A stretch of 64,000 bases of DNA from Epithemia pelagica (GCA_946965045.2 OX337234.1:434001-498000); one strand, 5' to 3'; positions 32,918 to 43,635 are shown, counted from the stretch's first letter. The notes: generated by a model from the sequence alone, not told the origin. Made by a program: numbers and translations.

Positions 32918-34027
32918 GTAATAGGTAGAACGAACAGAGGCAGCAAACGGTTTTTTTTTTGGAAACTGGAACGTCGTGAAACCAATCTGCCTGCAGTACA
33001 GAATTCGGAAGCGAGGCATTTACTTGGTGCCACTTGACAGTGTCGCTTGCCAAAGTATCGAATGTGGGGAATTAGTACAAGCATCAAACTTAATTTCGTT
33101 CCGTTACGACGATTTAGAAAGACTATCATCAAGCAACTTGTATGTCTTGCATGGTCCAAGAAGTTTAGGGAAGGCAGACCGAACAGAAAGGATAAAGGTG
33201 AACCAAACTAGAGAACCCAAGAATGTGAGAGACTCCGAAAGAGGTTGACACGAGAGACGACATCTTCGATTGAAAAAGTTTTTGCTTGTTTCGTCCATTT
33301 AAAGACTATACATACGGTACATCCAATATACCTAGTTAGATCGTGCTGGCTGATTATCGACTCCATCCAACAGGACTCGAGTGCTGGACCGGCGTGCGAT
33401 CAAGAGCTATGCCCATTGCACGGGGCAATTCCAAACACGTCCCACCCAACCTGGCTCGGTGTCGCGCGTTTCACCAAACGGATTCAATTCGGATCTTTTC
33501 GTGCCTTCCCACAATTTGGAAGAACACACAACACCAAGGGTGTCACAGGAACACAATCATACATTCACTCTCTGTTCAATTATTCCATCTCCAACGTTCC
33601 TGCAGGGAGATCAACCTTCTCCTTTATCGCTCTTGAGACGGACCCGAAGCCAATTACCACTACAACGACACCATGACGATGATCAATTCCGATACCGGTG
33701 AATACCTTTCCGACGAAGGGCGATCTCCTCGTTTCACGACTTGGGTCTTTCTGATGATGTGCAGTGTTGTCACATTGAAATCTTCCGTCGAAGTGGTACG
33801 TTCAGCCATTGTGTGTCTTTGTTTGCTGGTCCATTCAGGGGCATCGTAGCTCTGGCACAATGGTTCGAGGCTTCAAGCACCGTGTATCCCTTTGCCAAGA
33901 GTTGTTTCCAAAAGCGTCTCCTGTTCCAAGCACGAATCACTTGATCGAAGTATGCGAAACGTTTGTACTAGCCATTGCCCTTGTTGCCTCTGTTAGATCA
34001 TTTCTCTCACTGTTGTTGCTTTGTTCT

Positions 34028-34918
34028 ATGACACAGAAAAACGACTTGGAAGATGCCAATTCGGCGGCCAAGTGGGCAGTGGCTTGTTCGGCCATTACCT
34101 TTTCCGTGACTGCTTTGGTGTTGGTCGCCCACATGATTCCGGTGGCGTCGACAATTGTGGTCGGAAGCAAAATCGAAGGCCTCTTGACCTTTTTGTTGGT
34201 GGGATTCTGGACGGCCACCGTGTCCATTGTCACCAATACCGACAATGATTTGGGCGCTGTACAATCCGATACCAATCAAGTCAACAACGGCAACTTGTAC
34301 TACTTTTCCTGGGCCGGTTTCGTATTGGCCATTGTTCTCTTTGTCAGCTATCTGCGATCGGCCTATGGGTTGGACTTGGTAGATGCCATGAAGGGACGTG
34401 CCTCGCGATTGACGCATTGGGCTGGTATGTTGGCGGCTGCCATGGTCGTTATGGGATCTTCGGCTCGCGTCTTTACTCAAGACTGTGACGCTAATGAGAA
34501 TGATGAGGTACAATTTCCGACTGCCTATTGCACGCGCACCAAATTTGCCATTGCTCTTGGCGCCATTGGGGTCTTTTTCTCCCTGGTGGTGGTGGCCGTC
34601 AAACTCGTTTGCTCGTCGGCTACACCCTTCACCTTGGAATTCGCCGTTTCCAGCCTCTTGACAGTGATGAATACCTTTGGTGTGGCGTACATTACCTCCA
34701 ACAGTGGTCCTGGGCGAGCCATTGGCAATTTGTACTACTTCTCGTGGATTTCCTTTATCATCTCGGCCGTGATTGCCGTCGAATGCTTCAATGCCTCCCA
34801 GGCGCCTCCACAAGAAGAAGACTCAAGTTCTCCCGGTGCTAGTAGTGGTGTTAATATGGAAAGCAATAATCCAAGCAAAGATATCAGTGTTGATCCCCTT
34901 CCGGAGGATCAGATTTAG
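34028..34918 (+). CDS. Multi-pass membrane protein with an internal duplication (MARVEL-like halves)
   Basis: About 8 hydrophobic segments; each half ends in GNLYYFSW (NGNLYYFSWAGF / IGNLYYFSWISF). Start placed at ATG 34028. Confidence 0.7.
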   Translation: MTQKNDLEDANSAAKWAVACSAITFSVTALVLVAHMIPVASTIVVGSKIEGLLTFLLVGFWTATVSIVTNTDNDLGAVQSDTNQVNNGNLYYFSWAGFVLAIVLFVSYLRSAYGLDLVDAMKGRASRLTHWAGMLAAAMVVMGSSARVFTQDCDANENDEVQFPTAYCTRTKFAIALGAIGVFFSLVVVAVKLVCSSATPFTLEFAVSSLLTVMNTFGVAYITSNSGPGRAIGNLYYFSWISFIISAVIAVECFNASQAPPQEEDSSSPGASSGVNMESNNPSKDISVDPLPEDQI

Positions 34919-35687
34919 AAATGGGGAATAAAGATCGGGGGACCACCAACTTTTCTTTCCATCACGGTGGTGTTTGACCCTATATGTGTCTTGTGAATCA
35001 TTTGTGTACTCTTTTGGGTTTCTCTCTGGAAGGCTGTTTCGCGCTTTTCGGGGGATAGATCCAACCAATCAACTTCTTGTCCTCTACTCTGTTCTGGTGG
35101 ACCATTCTAAATTCTAATAACAATGTTCATTTTAACTTTTTCTAGCTACTCTCAAGTTTGAGTGAACTATGTTATGAACGATGTGTTGTGTTTCGAAAGT
35201 CTTTCACTGTCTAAGGTACCTTGGGATTGGAAACCAAAGCTGCCTCCGAGCAGGTCCGTGTACGCTTGTTGTTTTCAGATGTTTCAATAAGCCACATGGA
35301 TCAACAAGTCACAGTACCATAACCCACTAATCAATCCATAATGTCTTCCACAAAACTGTATCTACACCAAACACGTTAACGTTGCACATGAGTTGCTCTC
35401 GGGTGCGGCGGGAACGGGTTTTCAGATTTTCTGGTAACCCATATTATTCCCCAGCGAGGGAAACGCGTGAACATGTCCCTCTGCTTTTCTTAAATTGTAA
35501 CACATTCTGCGACTAAAAATCACACGTGCTTGGGAGTTTTGCCAGTTTCCAGACAAAACAGCGATCCAAACACTTCGAAGAACATTGACATGGAGGTATG
35601 TTCTTGTATGATGAGCATTCGCTGTTGTAGGGATCCTCCAAGGGAAGACTAGAGACGAAACCAAATACGGAAAGTGATGACTGTCCA

Positions 35688-36239
35688 ATGTACTTTGACG
35701 AGTTTCTCACCTATCGCTATCTCATGCAAACATTCGTTCAGAAGCAAATGCGCCGATGCCTTCAAAACAATGAGTGGGGATTCCTTGGTTGGGGATTCCC
35801 AGGTTGGGGATTCCCTGGTTGGGGATTGCTTGCAGGAATCCTAAATGCAGCCAACGTTATTAGTTGTGCGCATGTATGTGCCACGAAAGATGCCGCAAGG
35901 ACCCACATAGAGGCGATGGAAGCCGTCGCAGAGGGTATGAAAGACGCCCATAAAGAGGCGGCACAAGCCGTTGGAAAGGCCCATAAAGAGGCGGCGCAAG
36001 CCGCTGAACAAAGGATGAAGGACGGGATGAAGGAAATTGAAGGTGCCCATAAGCAAGGAATGCAGGCCGTTGTAGGCGGCATGAAAGAAGCAGCGGAAGC
36101 CGCTGCAGGCGGCATGAGAGAAGCAGCGGAAGCCGCTAAACAAGGGATGATGTCATTATCCATCGCCATTGGATTCTGCGCAGTAGTGTATGGTGTGGTC
36201 ACCCGCTGGCTTGGGAATTCCTGCCAAGCATATAGCTGA
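35688..36239 (+). CDS. Small repeat protein family copy A (GWGFP x2, AHKEAA repeats, C-terminal TM)
   Basis: ORF paralogous to B, C and D; may have an upstream exon via a 35-nt GT-AG intron (35596-35630). Confidence 0.7.
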   Translation: MYFDEFLTYRYLMQTFVQKQMRRCLQNNEWGFLGWGFPGWGFPGWGLLAGILNAANVISCAHVCATKDAARTHIEAMEAVAEGMKDAHKEAAQAVGKAHKEAAQAAEQRMKDGMKEIEGAHKQGMQAVVGGMKEAAEAAAGGMREAAEAAKQGMMSLSIAIGFCAVVYGVVTRWLGNSCQAYS

Positions 36240-36360
36240 ATGGACAACCATTCATATTACAATGGTCCCGTGAGAGCAAAAGGATGGGAATAAAAACATT
36301 CCTGCCGCTGGACCACCTTGGAGGATCAGTTCGGATTTGTGAATTGTCGGCCATATTGGA

Positions 36361-36488
36361 TATGCGGAAGCCGTGCTAAAGGAATGAAAGATTCATCTTT
36401 TTCATTATCCATGGCCATTGGATTCAGCGCACTTGTGTATGGTGGGGTCACCCTCTGGCTTGGGAGTTCCCGCCAAGCACCTCGCTAA
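36361..36488 (+). pseudogene. Relic 3' fragment of the same small-protein family
   Basis: ...TCATTATCCATGGCCATTGGATTCAGCGCACTTGTGTATGGTGGGGTCACCCTCTGGCTTGGG...CCTCGCTAA matches the C-terminus of copy D (GGVAVWLGNARHAPR*). Confidence 0.7.
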
Positions 36489-37004
36489 AATGGAGCCATT
36501 CATATTGCAATGGTCTCGTTAGAGAAGCAGGATAGTAATACAAACGTTCCTGCCGCTGAATTACCTTGGAGGATCAGTGAATTTGTCGGTAGTATTGGAT
36601 ACGATCGACGTACACCTGTGTGTGCACCATGATTCATATCAATGTCCAGGAAAAGCCGTCATCCATAGCCTTATACTTGGAATGTGTTGGACCGAATTGG
36701 ACTCTGTCAATAAACATCCCGTTTTGTCGATTATGGGCTCATAGATAAGAGCCGTGAAATGTATTATAGTGCCTTGTACAAAACGAACAGAAAGCTTGTG
36801 TGTCGGATCTAGTCAAGCCACAGTAACAATGATCAGTCAATGCTGCCTTTCACAAAACTGGTCTAATAGCAGTCTTTGCAAAGAGGAATACCAAAAACAG
36901 ATTGACAAAGCTCATCTTATTTGCTTTATTCCGGTGTCGTATTTCGAGAAGGAAGGAAAAGGATTCAATGTCTCGTACCCGCGGTATACACTTGCGCCAC
37001 TTCG

Positions 37005-38261
37005 TCAATGTTGGTCCGCCACATGGATGACGGCCTTGCCATGGACGTGGCGACTTTCTTGCAAGCGAAAGGCTGCGCGTACACCCTCCGTGGTAAAGTC
37101 GAATGGACCTCTCTCGTCCAGCACCGCTTGGAGCTTTCCTTCGTTGGCCAAAGTTAGTGTCTTGGTGATGACCTCGCGGACTTCGGGTCCCAGCACGACC
37201 AAGGAATACGACGGAAGCGTGGAATAGGTTCCCACGCGTGACCAAATCGCTCGTACCAAAGCCGGATGTGCGGCCTTCCAAAGAAAGTGCGCCATGCTCT
37301 TGGCTTCAAAGACGGGTTTGTCGGTGAGCGTCGTAATGTAGCGGCCTCCCTGCGAGAATGGCTTGACAATCAAGGAACGCTTCTGCTTGACATGCTGCTC
37401 CAGACGAGGCCATCCACCGCCCGCCAAATCAATCACCAAGTCAAATGTATCTTGCTGGAAGCGTTCCAGAGCAAAGACATCTTCCTTGGTGTAGTCAATG
37501 GCTTCATCCAGCAGCAGCGGTTCTTGCAAGAGTCGCTCCGGGGCGCTCGAGACTCCCACAATGTACTTGGCGCCACGCTCCCGCAGGAGTTGACACACGT
37601 GACTGCCGATTCCACCACCCGCTCCCAACACGAGCACGCGTTGTTTGGTCCCTCCTCCTTTCTTGGGAACGCACTCGGCCAGTGGAATGGCAAAGGATGC
37701 ACTCGCCAGCGCGGCCGCTTCCTCGGAAGATATGGATTCGCTGGGTACCTTTTCCGCCAGTGTCATGTCGACCATGGCGTACTCACCCAGCGCGCCCTTG
37801 GGACTACTTCCCGTGAATCGTACGGCCACGCGGTCACCCAGTTGGAACGGATGTTGCTTCTTTGGATCGTTCGTGTTCGTTGTTGTTGTTGTTGCCTCAT
37901 CAGGATCATTATTCGGCAGTTCCACCACAACACCGCAGAGATCGCCTCCCGGAATGTACGGGAAGGTCTTGGGTCCTTGCACGTTCCGCGTCAGTCCCGA
38001 CAGAGTGCGCCAATCTCCGGGCGACAGTGCGACGGCCAACACTTGTACCACCATAAAGGGTCCGTAGGGACCAAAGAGTGTTTTGGGCGGTGGTCCGTCG
38101 GCCAAATGTGGCACCCGTACTCCGTCCTCCACGCGGATCATCTCGTCAATGGCGCCATAGTCCTGGACCTGGACGGCTCGCATGGTTGAGGCGATGTCAC
38201 TATTCCTGCTGATACAGGTGTTGTTATTGCTTGGGGTGTTTGTGGAGGTCGTAGCCGCCAT
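37005..38261 (-). CDS. MDR-family NAD(P)H:quinone oxidoreductase (RTN4IP1/AOR-like)
   Basis: MRAVQV..YG, LAVALSPGDWR..SG, FPYIPGGDLCGVV, FQLGDRV, GALGEY, VLVLGAGGGIGS, IDYT, GKAVI. Confidence 0.88.
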   Translation of the reverse strand: MAATTSTNTPSNNNTCISRNSDIASTMRAVQVQDYGAIDEMIRVEDGVRVPHLADGPPPKTLFGPYGPFMVVQVLAVALSPGDWRTLSGLTRNVQGPKTFPYIPGGDLCGVVVELPNNDPDEATTTTTNTNDPKKQHPFQLGDRVAVRFTGSSPKGALGEYAMVDMTLAEKVPSESISSEEAAALASASFAIPLAECVPKKGGGTKQRVLVLGAGGGIGSHVCQLLRERGAKYIVGVSSAPERLLQEPLLLDEAIDYTKEDVFALERFQQDTFDLVIDLAGGGWPRLEQHVKQKRSLIVKPFSQGGRYITTLTDKPVFEAKSMAHFLWKAAHPALVRAIWSRVGTYSTLPSYSLVVLGPEVREVITKTLTLANEGKLQAVLDERGPFDFTTEGVRAAFRLQESRHVHGKAVIHVADQH

Positions 38262-38711
38262 GATGTTTCTCTGGTGGGGCCTTGAGTGAGTCTATTTAGC
38301 ATATGCCTCTTGTTGTCGGCAACGTTGTGAATGTTTTGCATGGACTTGTTGTGAGGGAAGCGAACATGACCATCACGCATCGTTGTGATAAGCCGCTCGT
38401 TCGTCACGTTGCAGTCCTACATTATGGATTATCTGAGATTTAGTTCGTTGTTGTTGTTGTTGTTGTTGTTTGAGACTTGCGAGCAGGAGAGAGCCGCGAG
38501 AACGACAAGCCGACGAAAGCGAACCTGCCGTCAACAACCTTCGCATCTCTCTTGAAGGAAGGAACCCTATACAGCGACGGAGAGAATGGTAAACGCGACC
38601 GATGTCCATAGAATAAGCACATATCGATATCGCCAGACGACATCATGAACCCAAGTGACCGATTCAACCCTACCGTCCGGTTCATCATGGACGACCGACG
38701 AAGATATACGA

Positions 38712-39428
38712 TTATTCGGTTGGTGTTGCTGGTTGGTCACGGGTCATGGCAATTCCCAATCCAGCGTCGCCAGTAAGCCGATCTAATTTTTCAATCTGTA
38801 CATGAACGCGTTGGACCCGTTGTCGATGCACGGCCAAACACTTGGTGCAAATGTCGTGACCGAGCACTTCCAACCACTCGTACCGATGACTGTTGTTGTT
38901 CTTGTCGTTGCTGTTGCAGATCAACTCATCAATCGCCGTGACAATGTGAACGTAGCTGACGACTGCTACTTCTGAATCATCATCATCTTTTTCTTTTGTT
39001 TCGTCCTCCTTGGTAGTCGTTGGTCGCGTAGTAGTAGGCGGAGGAGGATGGTACGGTGTGACTTCCAGGGTGACATCGAATCGTACTCGTTGGGTGACAC
39101 CGTATTCCTCCTCCAAGACACCAATTTCCATGTCACGGACATAATTTCGCAAAAAGATACGGTCCAACGTGGTGGTGGTGCTCGGCCAGTCTATGCTTTG
39201 TTCAGGTACAGTGCATGCCGCAAATGACGAGGAGAAGAAAGAGTTGCAACCAAGTGTAGTAGTCGTCATCATAATCGGAACATTCGTACCAGGATTCCCA
39301 GACGCAACAACATTGAATAATGGTCGTCGACAAATGGAAGCAGCCGATGCTTTGGTGACGCGTCGGAATCCAGCAAAGAAGATGTGAGTACACTTCCGGC
39401 TGGCAAGTGCGTGCGAAAAGGACGACAT
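38712..39428 (-). CDS. folB: Dihydroneopterin aldolase with N-terminal presequence
   Basis: DRIFLRN....EIGVLEEE..VTQRVRFDV, VVSY, LE.L..DI...CL, V..VHVQIEKL match the FolB fold with the Tyr/Glu/Lys positions retained. Confidence 0.82.
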   Translation of the reverse strand: MSSFSHALASRKCTHIFFAGFRRVTKASAASICRRPLFNVVASGNPGTNVPIMMTTTTLGCNSFFSSSFAACTVPEQSIDWPSTTTTLDRIFLRNYVRDMEIGVLEEEYGVTQRVRFDVTLEVTPYHPPPPTTTRPTTTKEDETKEKDDDDSEVAVVSYVHIVTAIDELICNSNDKNNNSHRYEWLEVLGHDICTKCLAVHRQRVQRVHVQIEKLDRLTGDAGLGIAMTRDQPATPTE

Positions 39429-40134
39429 GACGGATTGGATGATTCAATAAAGGAATGTCGCCAATGGTCTCGATCTTCTCAATCAAGCGTCGAACCCAAA
39501 ACTGTCGGAAAGATAAAGGTGAAAAGAATCCCAACGACAATAACTTCCTATGGACCATGAAGCAGATGGTATTTTACACTCCACTGTTGTCACCTTGACG
39601 TTGCGGAGCAGAGTTCTGATTTGCTATGAATACCACCCCCGCCCCCGCGTTTAGGGGGTGGTTTCGGGGGTGAACCATATGCCACTTCCGCTGGGGCGTG
39701 GACTTTATGCATTATGCGCACAGCAGAGTCCGATCAAATACCCAGCGACTAAAGAGTAACAACCATCGCATCCGTGGTGATACATTCTGCGACTAACAAA
39801 ATCTCGCCTGGGCGTATCTCCATATCCCGTTTTTCTCCCCGTTCTCTCCACTCATCACAAACAGCAAAACACACACAGTTCAACGACCATCAACACACCA
39901 TGCGCCATGACCGACCCAAACACTTCCCAGAACATTGACACGGAGGTATGTTCTTGTATGATGAGGAGTCGCTGTTGTAGGGATCCTTCAAGGTATTGGC
40001 TATGACATCCACCCAATACACCAGGGTGGAAGCCGGAACGGTGCATTGCTGCGGAACGTGACTGGAATCTGGAATGGGAAGCACAACAGCGGAAGAAGGA
40101 AAGAAACCAAATACGAAAACTGAAACTTTCCCGA

Positions 40135-40662
40135 TTGCTGTCCAATGAAATTGACGACTTTCTCACCTATTGCTATCTCATGCAAACACTTGTTCAGGAA
40201 CAAATACGCCGTTACCTTCTAAACCATGAGAAAAGTCGGTGGGGATTCCTTGCGGGAATCACAAATGCAGCCAACTATATGAGTTGTGCGCATGTATGCG
40301 CCACTAAAGATGCCTCAAAGGCCCATAAAGAGGCGGCGCAAGCCGCTGAAAAAGGGATGAAGGAAATTGCAGGCGGGATGAAGGAAATTGCAGGCGGGAT
40401 GAAGGAAATTGCAGGCGGGATGAAGGAATTTGCAGTTTCCCATAAAGAGGCGGCGGAAGCCGCTACACACGGGATGAAAGCGGCCCATAAAGAAGCGGCG
40501 GAATCCGTTACACAAGGAATGCAGGCCGTTGCAGGTGGCATGAAAGAAGCGGCGGAAGCCGTTAAACAAGGGATGCTGTCATTATCCATCGCAATTGGAA
40601 TCTGCGCAGCAGTGTATGGTGTGGTTACCTGGCTTGGGAATTCCTGCCAAGCATATAGCTAA
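40135..40662 (+). CDS. Small repeat protein family copy B (no GWGFP; GMKEIAG heptad repeats; C-terminal TM)
   Basis: Paralogous ORF with a 21-nt tandem repeat GGGATGAAGGAAATTGCAGGC. The start is uncertain (probably spliced). Confidence 0.65.
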   Translation: MLSNEIDDFLTYCYLMQTLVQEQIRRYLLNHEKSRWGFLAGITNAANYMSCAHVCATKDASKAHKEAAQAAEKGMKEIAGGMKEIAGGMKEIAGGMKEFAVSHKEAAEAATHGMKAAHKEAAESVTQGMQAVAGGMKEAAEAVKQGMLSLSIAIGICAAVYGVVTWLGNSCQAYS

Positions 40663-41248
40663 ATGGACAGCCATTCATATTACAATGGTACTGTGTGAAC
40701 AAAAGGATGGGAATAAAATCGTTCCTGCCGCTGGACCACCTTGGAGGATCAGTTCGGATTTGTGAATTGTCGGCCATATTGGATATGGTCGAGGCACGCC
40801 TGTCCGCGCACCATGATTCATATCAATCTCAAGAAAAGGCCGTCATCTAGACTCTCCTACTTGGAATGTGTTTGACCGAATTAGACCTGTGGATAAACAT
40901 CCCGTTTTGTGGAAGATGAGACAATTCCATCTGGTGCCTATAGACTAGTGTCATAATATATAATATGATAGAGCCTTGTACAAAACGAACCGAAAGCTTG
41001 CGTGTCGGATCAAGTCAAACCACAGTAACAGTTATCAAAATCAATACGAGTCAAAACTACTGCTCGTAGGTATATTGTCGCAGACACGTTGACGTTGTTT
41101 TGCTCTCGTACGGCGGGAACGGGTTTCCAGATTTTCTTGTAACCCATATTAGTCCCCAGCGAGGCAAACGTGTGAATATGTTCCTCTGCTCTTTCTTATA
41201 TTGGAACACATTCTGCGACTAAAACTCACACATGCTTGGGCGTATTAC

Positions 41249-41503
41249 GATGGTCTCGGTGCTTGGGTGTCCAGGGTTCGAGTCCGCTGTGATTAGGTGG
41301 TTGGGAGGGCTAGATGTGGGGCCCGGAAAAACGGTTCGTCTACATGTGGCCCCTTGTCACACAAGCGGGCTGTCCCCCCGCTCCATGATTCCGAGTGTCA
41401 TGGCGCCAGGGCAGTCGGTCGACTTAACCCCAGGCGGTAGAGTGGGTGAGCGCGGCAGCTGGAAGCTGGAAGCATAGATTCAAACCTTTTTTTTTACACA
41501 AAA
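41249..41503 (+). mobile_element. ~255-bp foreign GC-rich structured insert (SINE/Pol III RNA-like or degenerate MITE) in unit C
   Basis: Absent from the aligned position in units A and D. Contains B-box-like GGTTCGAGTCC (41275-41285), terminal pairing with GATTCAAACC (41477-41486), several hairpins and a T9 run (41487-41495). Confidence 0.5.
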
Positions 41504-41809
41504 CACAAAACACGCAGCTCATAATAGTTTGCACACACACCATGACCGATCCAAACACTTCGAAGAACATTGACATGGAGGTATGTTCTTGTATGATGAG
41601 CATTCGCTGTTGTAGGGATCCTTCAACAGGTATTGGCTACGACATCCATCAAATACACCTGGGTGGAAGCTGGAACGGTGCATTGCTACGGAACGTGACG
41701 GCGGAAGACTAGAGACGAGAAACCAAATACGGAAAGTGATGACTGCCCAGGGTATTTTGACGACTTTCTCACCTATCGCTATCTCATACAAACATTCGTT
41801 CAGGAACAA

Positions 41810-42319
41810 ATGCGCCGATGCCTTCAAAACAATGAGTGGGGATTCCTTGGTTGGGGATTCCCTGGTTGGGGATTCCCTGGTTGGGGATTCCCTGGTTGGG
41901 GGTTCCCTGGTTGGGGGTTCCCTGGTTGGGGATTGCTTGCAGGAATCCCAAATGCAGCTACTGTCATTAGTTGTGCGCATGTATGCGCTACGAAAGAATC
42001 CGGAAAAGCCCATAAAGAGGCAGCGCAAGCCCTGGCAGAGGGTACCCTTGCAAAGGCCCATAAAGAGGCGGCGCAAGCCCTTGCAAAGGCCCATGAAGAA
42101 GCGGCGGAAGTCGCTACACACGGGATGAAAGCGGCCCATAAAGAAGCGGCGGAATCCGTTACACAAGGAATGCAGGCCGTTGCAGGTGGCATGAAAGAAG
42201 CGGCGGAAGCCGTTAAACAAGGGATGCTGTCATTATCCATCGCAATTGGATTCAGCGCACTTGTGTATGGTGTGGTCACCCTCTGGCTTCTTGGGAATTC
42301 ATGCCAAGCATATAGCTAA
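41810..42319 (+). CDS. Small repeat protein family copy C (GWGFP x5)
   Basis: Paralogous ORF; the frame extends upstream to ~41699. Exon 41542-41580 (MTDPNTSKNIDME) could be spliced on in frame. Confidence 0.7.
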   Translation: MRRCLQNNEWGFLGWGFPGWGFPGWGFPGWGFPGWGFPGWGLLAGIPNAATVISCAHVCATKESGKAHKEAAQALAEGTLAKAHKEAAQALAKAHEEAAEVATHGMKAAHKEAAESVTQGMQAVAGGMKEAAEAVKQGMLSLSIAIGFSALVYGVVTLWLLGNSCQAYS

Positions 42320-43245
42320 ATGGACAGCCATTCATATTACAATGGTCCCGTGAGAGCAAAAGGATGGGAATAAAATCGATCCTGCCGCTGGACCACCTTG
42401 GAGGATCAGTTCGGATTTGTGAATTGTCGGCCATATTGGATATGGTCGAGGCACGCCTGTCCGCGCACCATGATTCATATCAATCTCAAGAAAAGGCCGT
42501 CATCTAGACTCTCCTACTTGGAATGTGTTTGACCGAATTAGACCTGTGGATAAACATCCCGTTTTTGTGGAAGATGAGACAATTCCATCTGGTGCCTATA
42601 GACTAGTGTCATAATATATAATATGATAGAGCCTTGTACAAAACGAACCGAAAGCTTGCGTGTCGGATCAAGTCAAACCACAGTAACAGTTATCAAAATC
42701 AATACGAGTAATGTCTCCTACAAAACTACTACTTGTAGAGGTGTATTGTCGCAGACACGTTGACGTTGTTTTGCTCTCGTACGGCGGGAACGGGTTTCCA
42801 GATTTTCTTGTATCGCAAATTAGTCCCCAGCGAGGGAAACGTGTGAATATTTTTTCTTATATTGTAACACATTCTGCGACTAAAACTCTCGCCTTCTTGG
42901 GAGTATTACCAGCTTCTGTTGTCTCAAAGACAAAACACGCAGATCATAATAGTTTACACAACCACCATCAACACACCATGACCGATCCAAACACTTCGAA
43001 GAACATTGACATGGAGGTATGTTCTTGTATGATGAGCATTCGCTGTTGTAGGGATCCTTCAACAGGTATTGGCTACGACATCCATCAAATACACCTGGGT
43101 GGAAGCTGGAACGGTGCATTGCTACGGAACGTGACGGCGGAAGACTAGAGACGAGAAACCAAATACGGAAAGTGATGACTGCCCAGGGTATTTTGACGAC
43201 TTTCTCACCTATCGCTATCTCATACAAACATTCGTTCAGGAACAA

Positions 43246-43635
43246 ATGCGCCGATGCATTCAATACAATGAGTGGGGATTCCTTGGTTGGGGATTCCCTG
43301 GTTGGGGATTCCCTGGTTGGGGATTCCCTGGTTGGGGATTGCTTGCAGGAATCCCAAATGCAGCTACTGTCATTAGTTGTGCGCATGTATGCGCTACGAA
43401 AGAATCCGGAAAAGCCCATAAAGAGGCAGCGCAAGCCCTTGCAGAGGGTACCCTTGCAAAGGCCCATAAAGAGGCGGCGCAAGCCCTTGCAAAGGCCCAT
43501 AAAGAGGCGGCCCAAGCCCTTGCAGGTGCCCATAACGAGGCATCGCTGTCATTATCCATCGCCATTGGATTCAGTGCACTTGTGTATGGTGGGGTCGCCG
43601 TCTGGCTTGGGAATGCGCGCCATGCGCCTCGCTAA
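43246..43635 (+). CDS. Small repeat protein family copy D (GWGFP x3, LAKAHKEAAQA 11-mers)
   Basis: Paralogous ORF with a C-terminal TM segment. Confidence 0.7.
   Translation: MRRCIQYNEWGFLGWGFPGWGFPGWGFPGWGLLAGIPNAATVISCAHVCATKESGKAHKEAAQALAEGTLAKAHKEAAQALAKAHKEAAQALAGAHNEASLSLSIAIGFSALVYGGVAVWLGNARHAPR

Larger units (their letters stand above)
35300..36840 (+). repeat. Repeat unit A of a ~1.5-1.7-kb gene-containing segmental repeat
   Basis: Shares blocks with 39780-43640: CGGGAACGGGTTT(C/T)CAGATTTTCT, ACATTCTGCGACTAA, CCTGCCGCTGGACCACCTTGGAGGATCAGTTCGGATTTGTGAATTGTCGGCCATATTGGATAT, GCCTTGTACAAAACGAAC. Boundaries are approximate. Confidence 0.85.

Noticed and set aside
41249-41320. tRNA gene suggested by GGTTCGAGTCC
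   Set aside because: No cloverleaf, acceptor stem or correctly spaced A-box; kept only as a possible SINE/Pol III-like insert.
41249-41495. SRP, RNase P/MRP, telomerase or snRNA identity
   Set aside because: Diagnostic motifs (SRP helix 8, P4 CR-I/CR-V, CUAACCCU template, Sm site context) were not found by eye.
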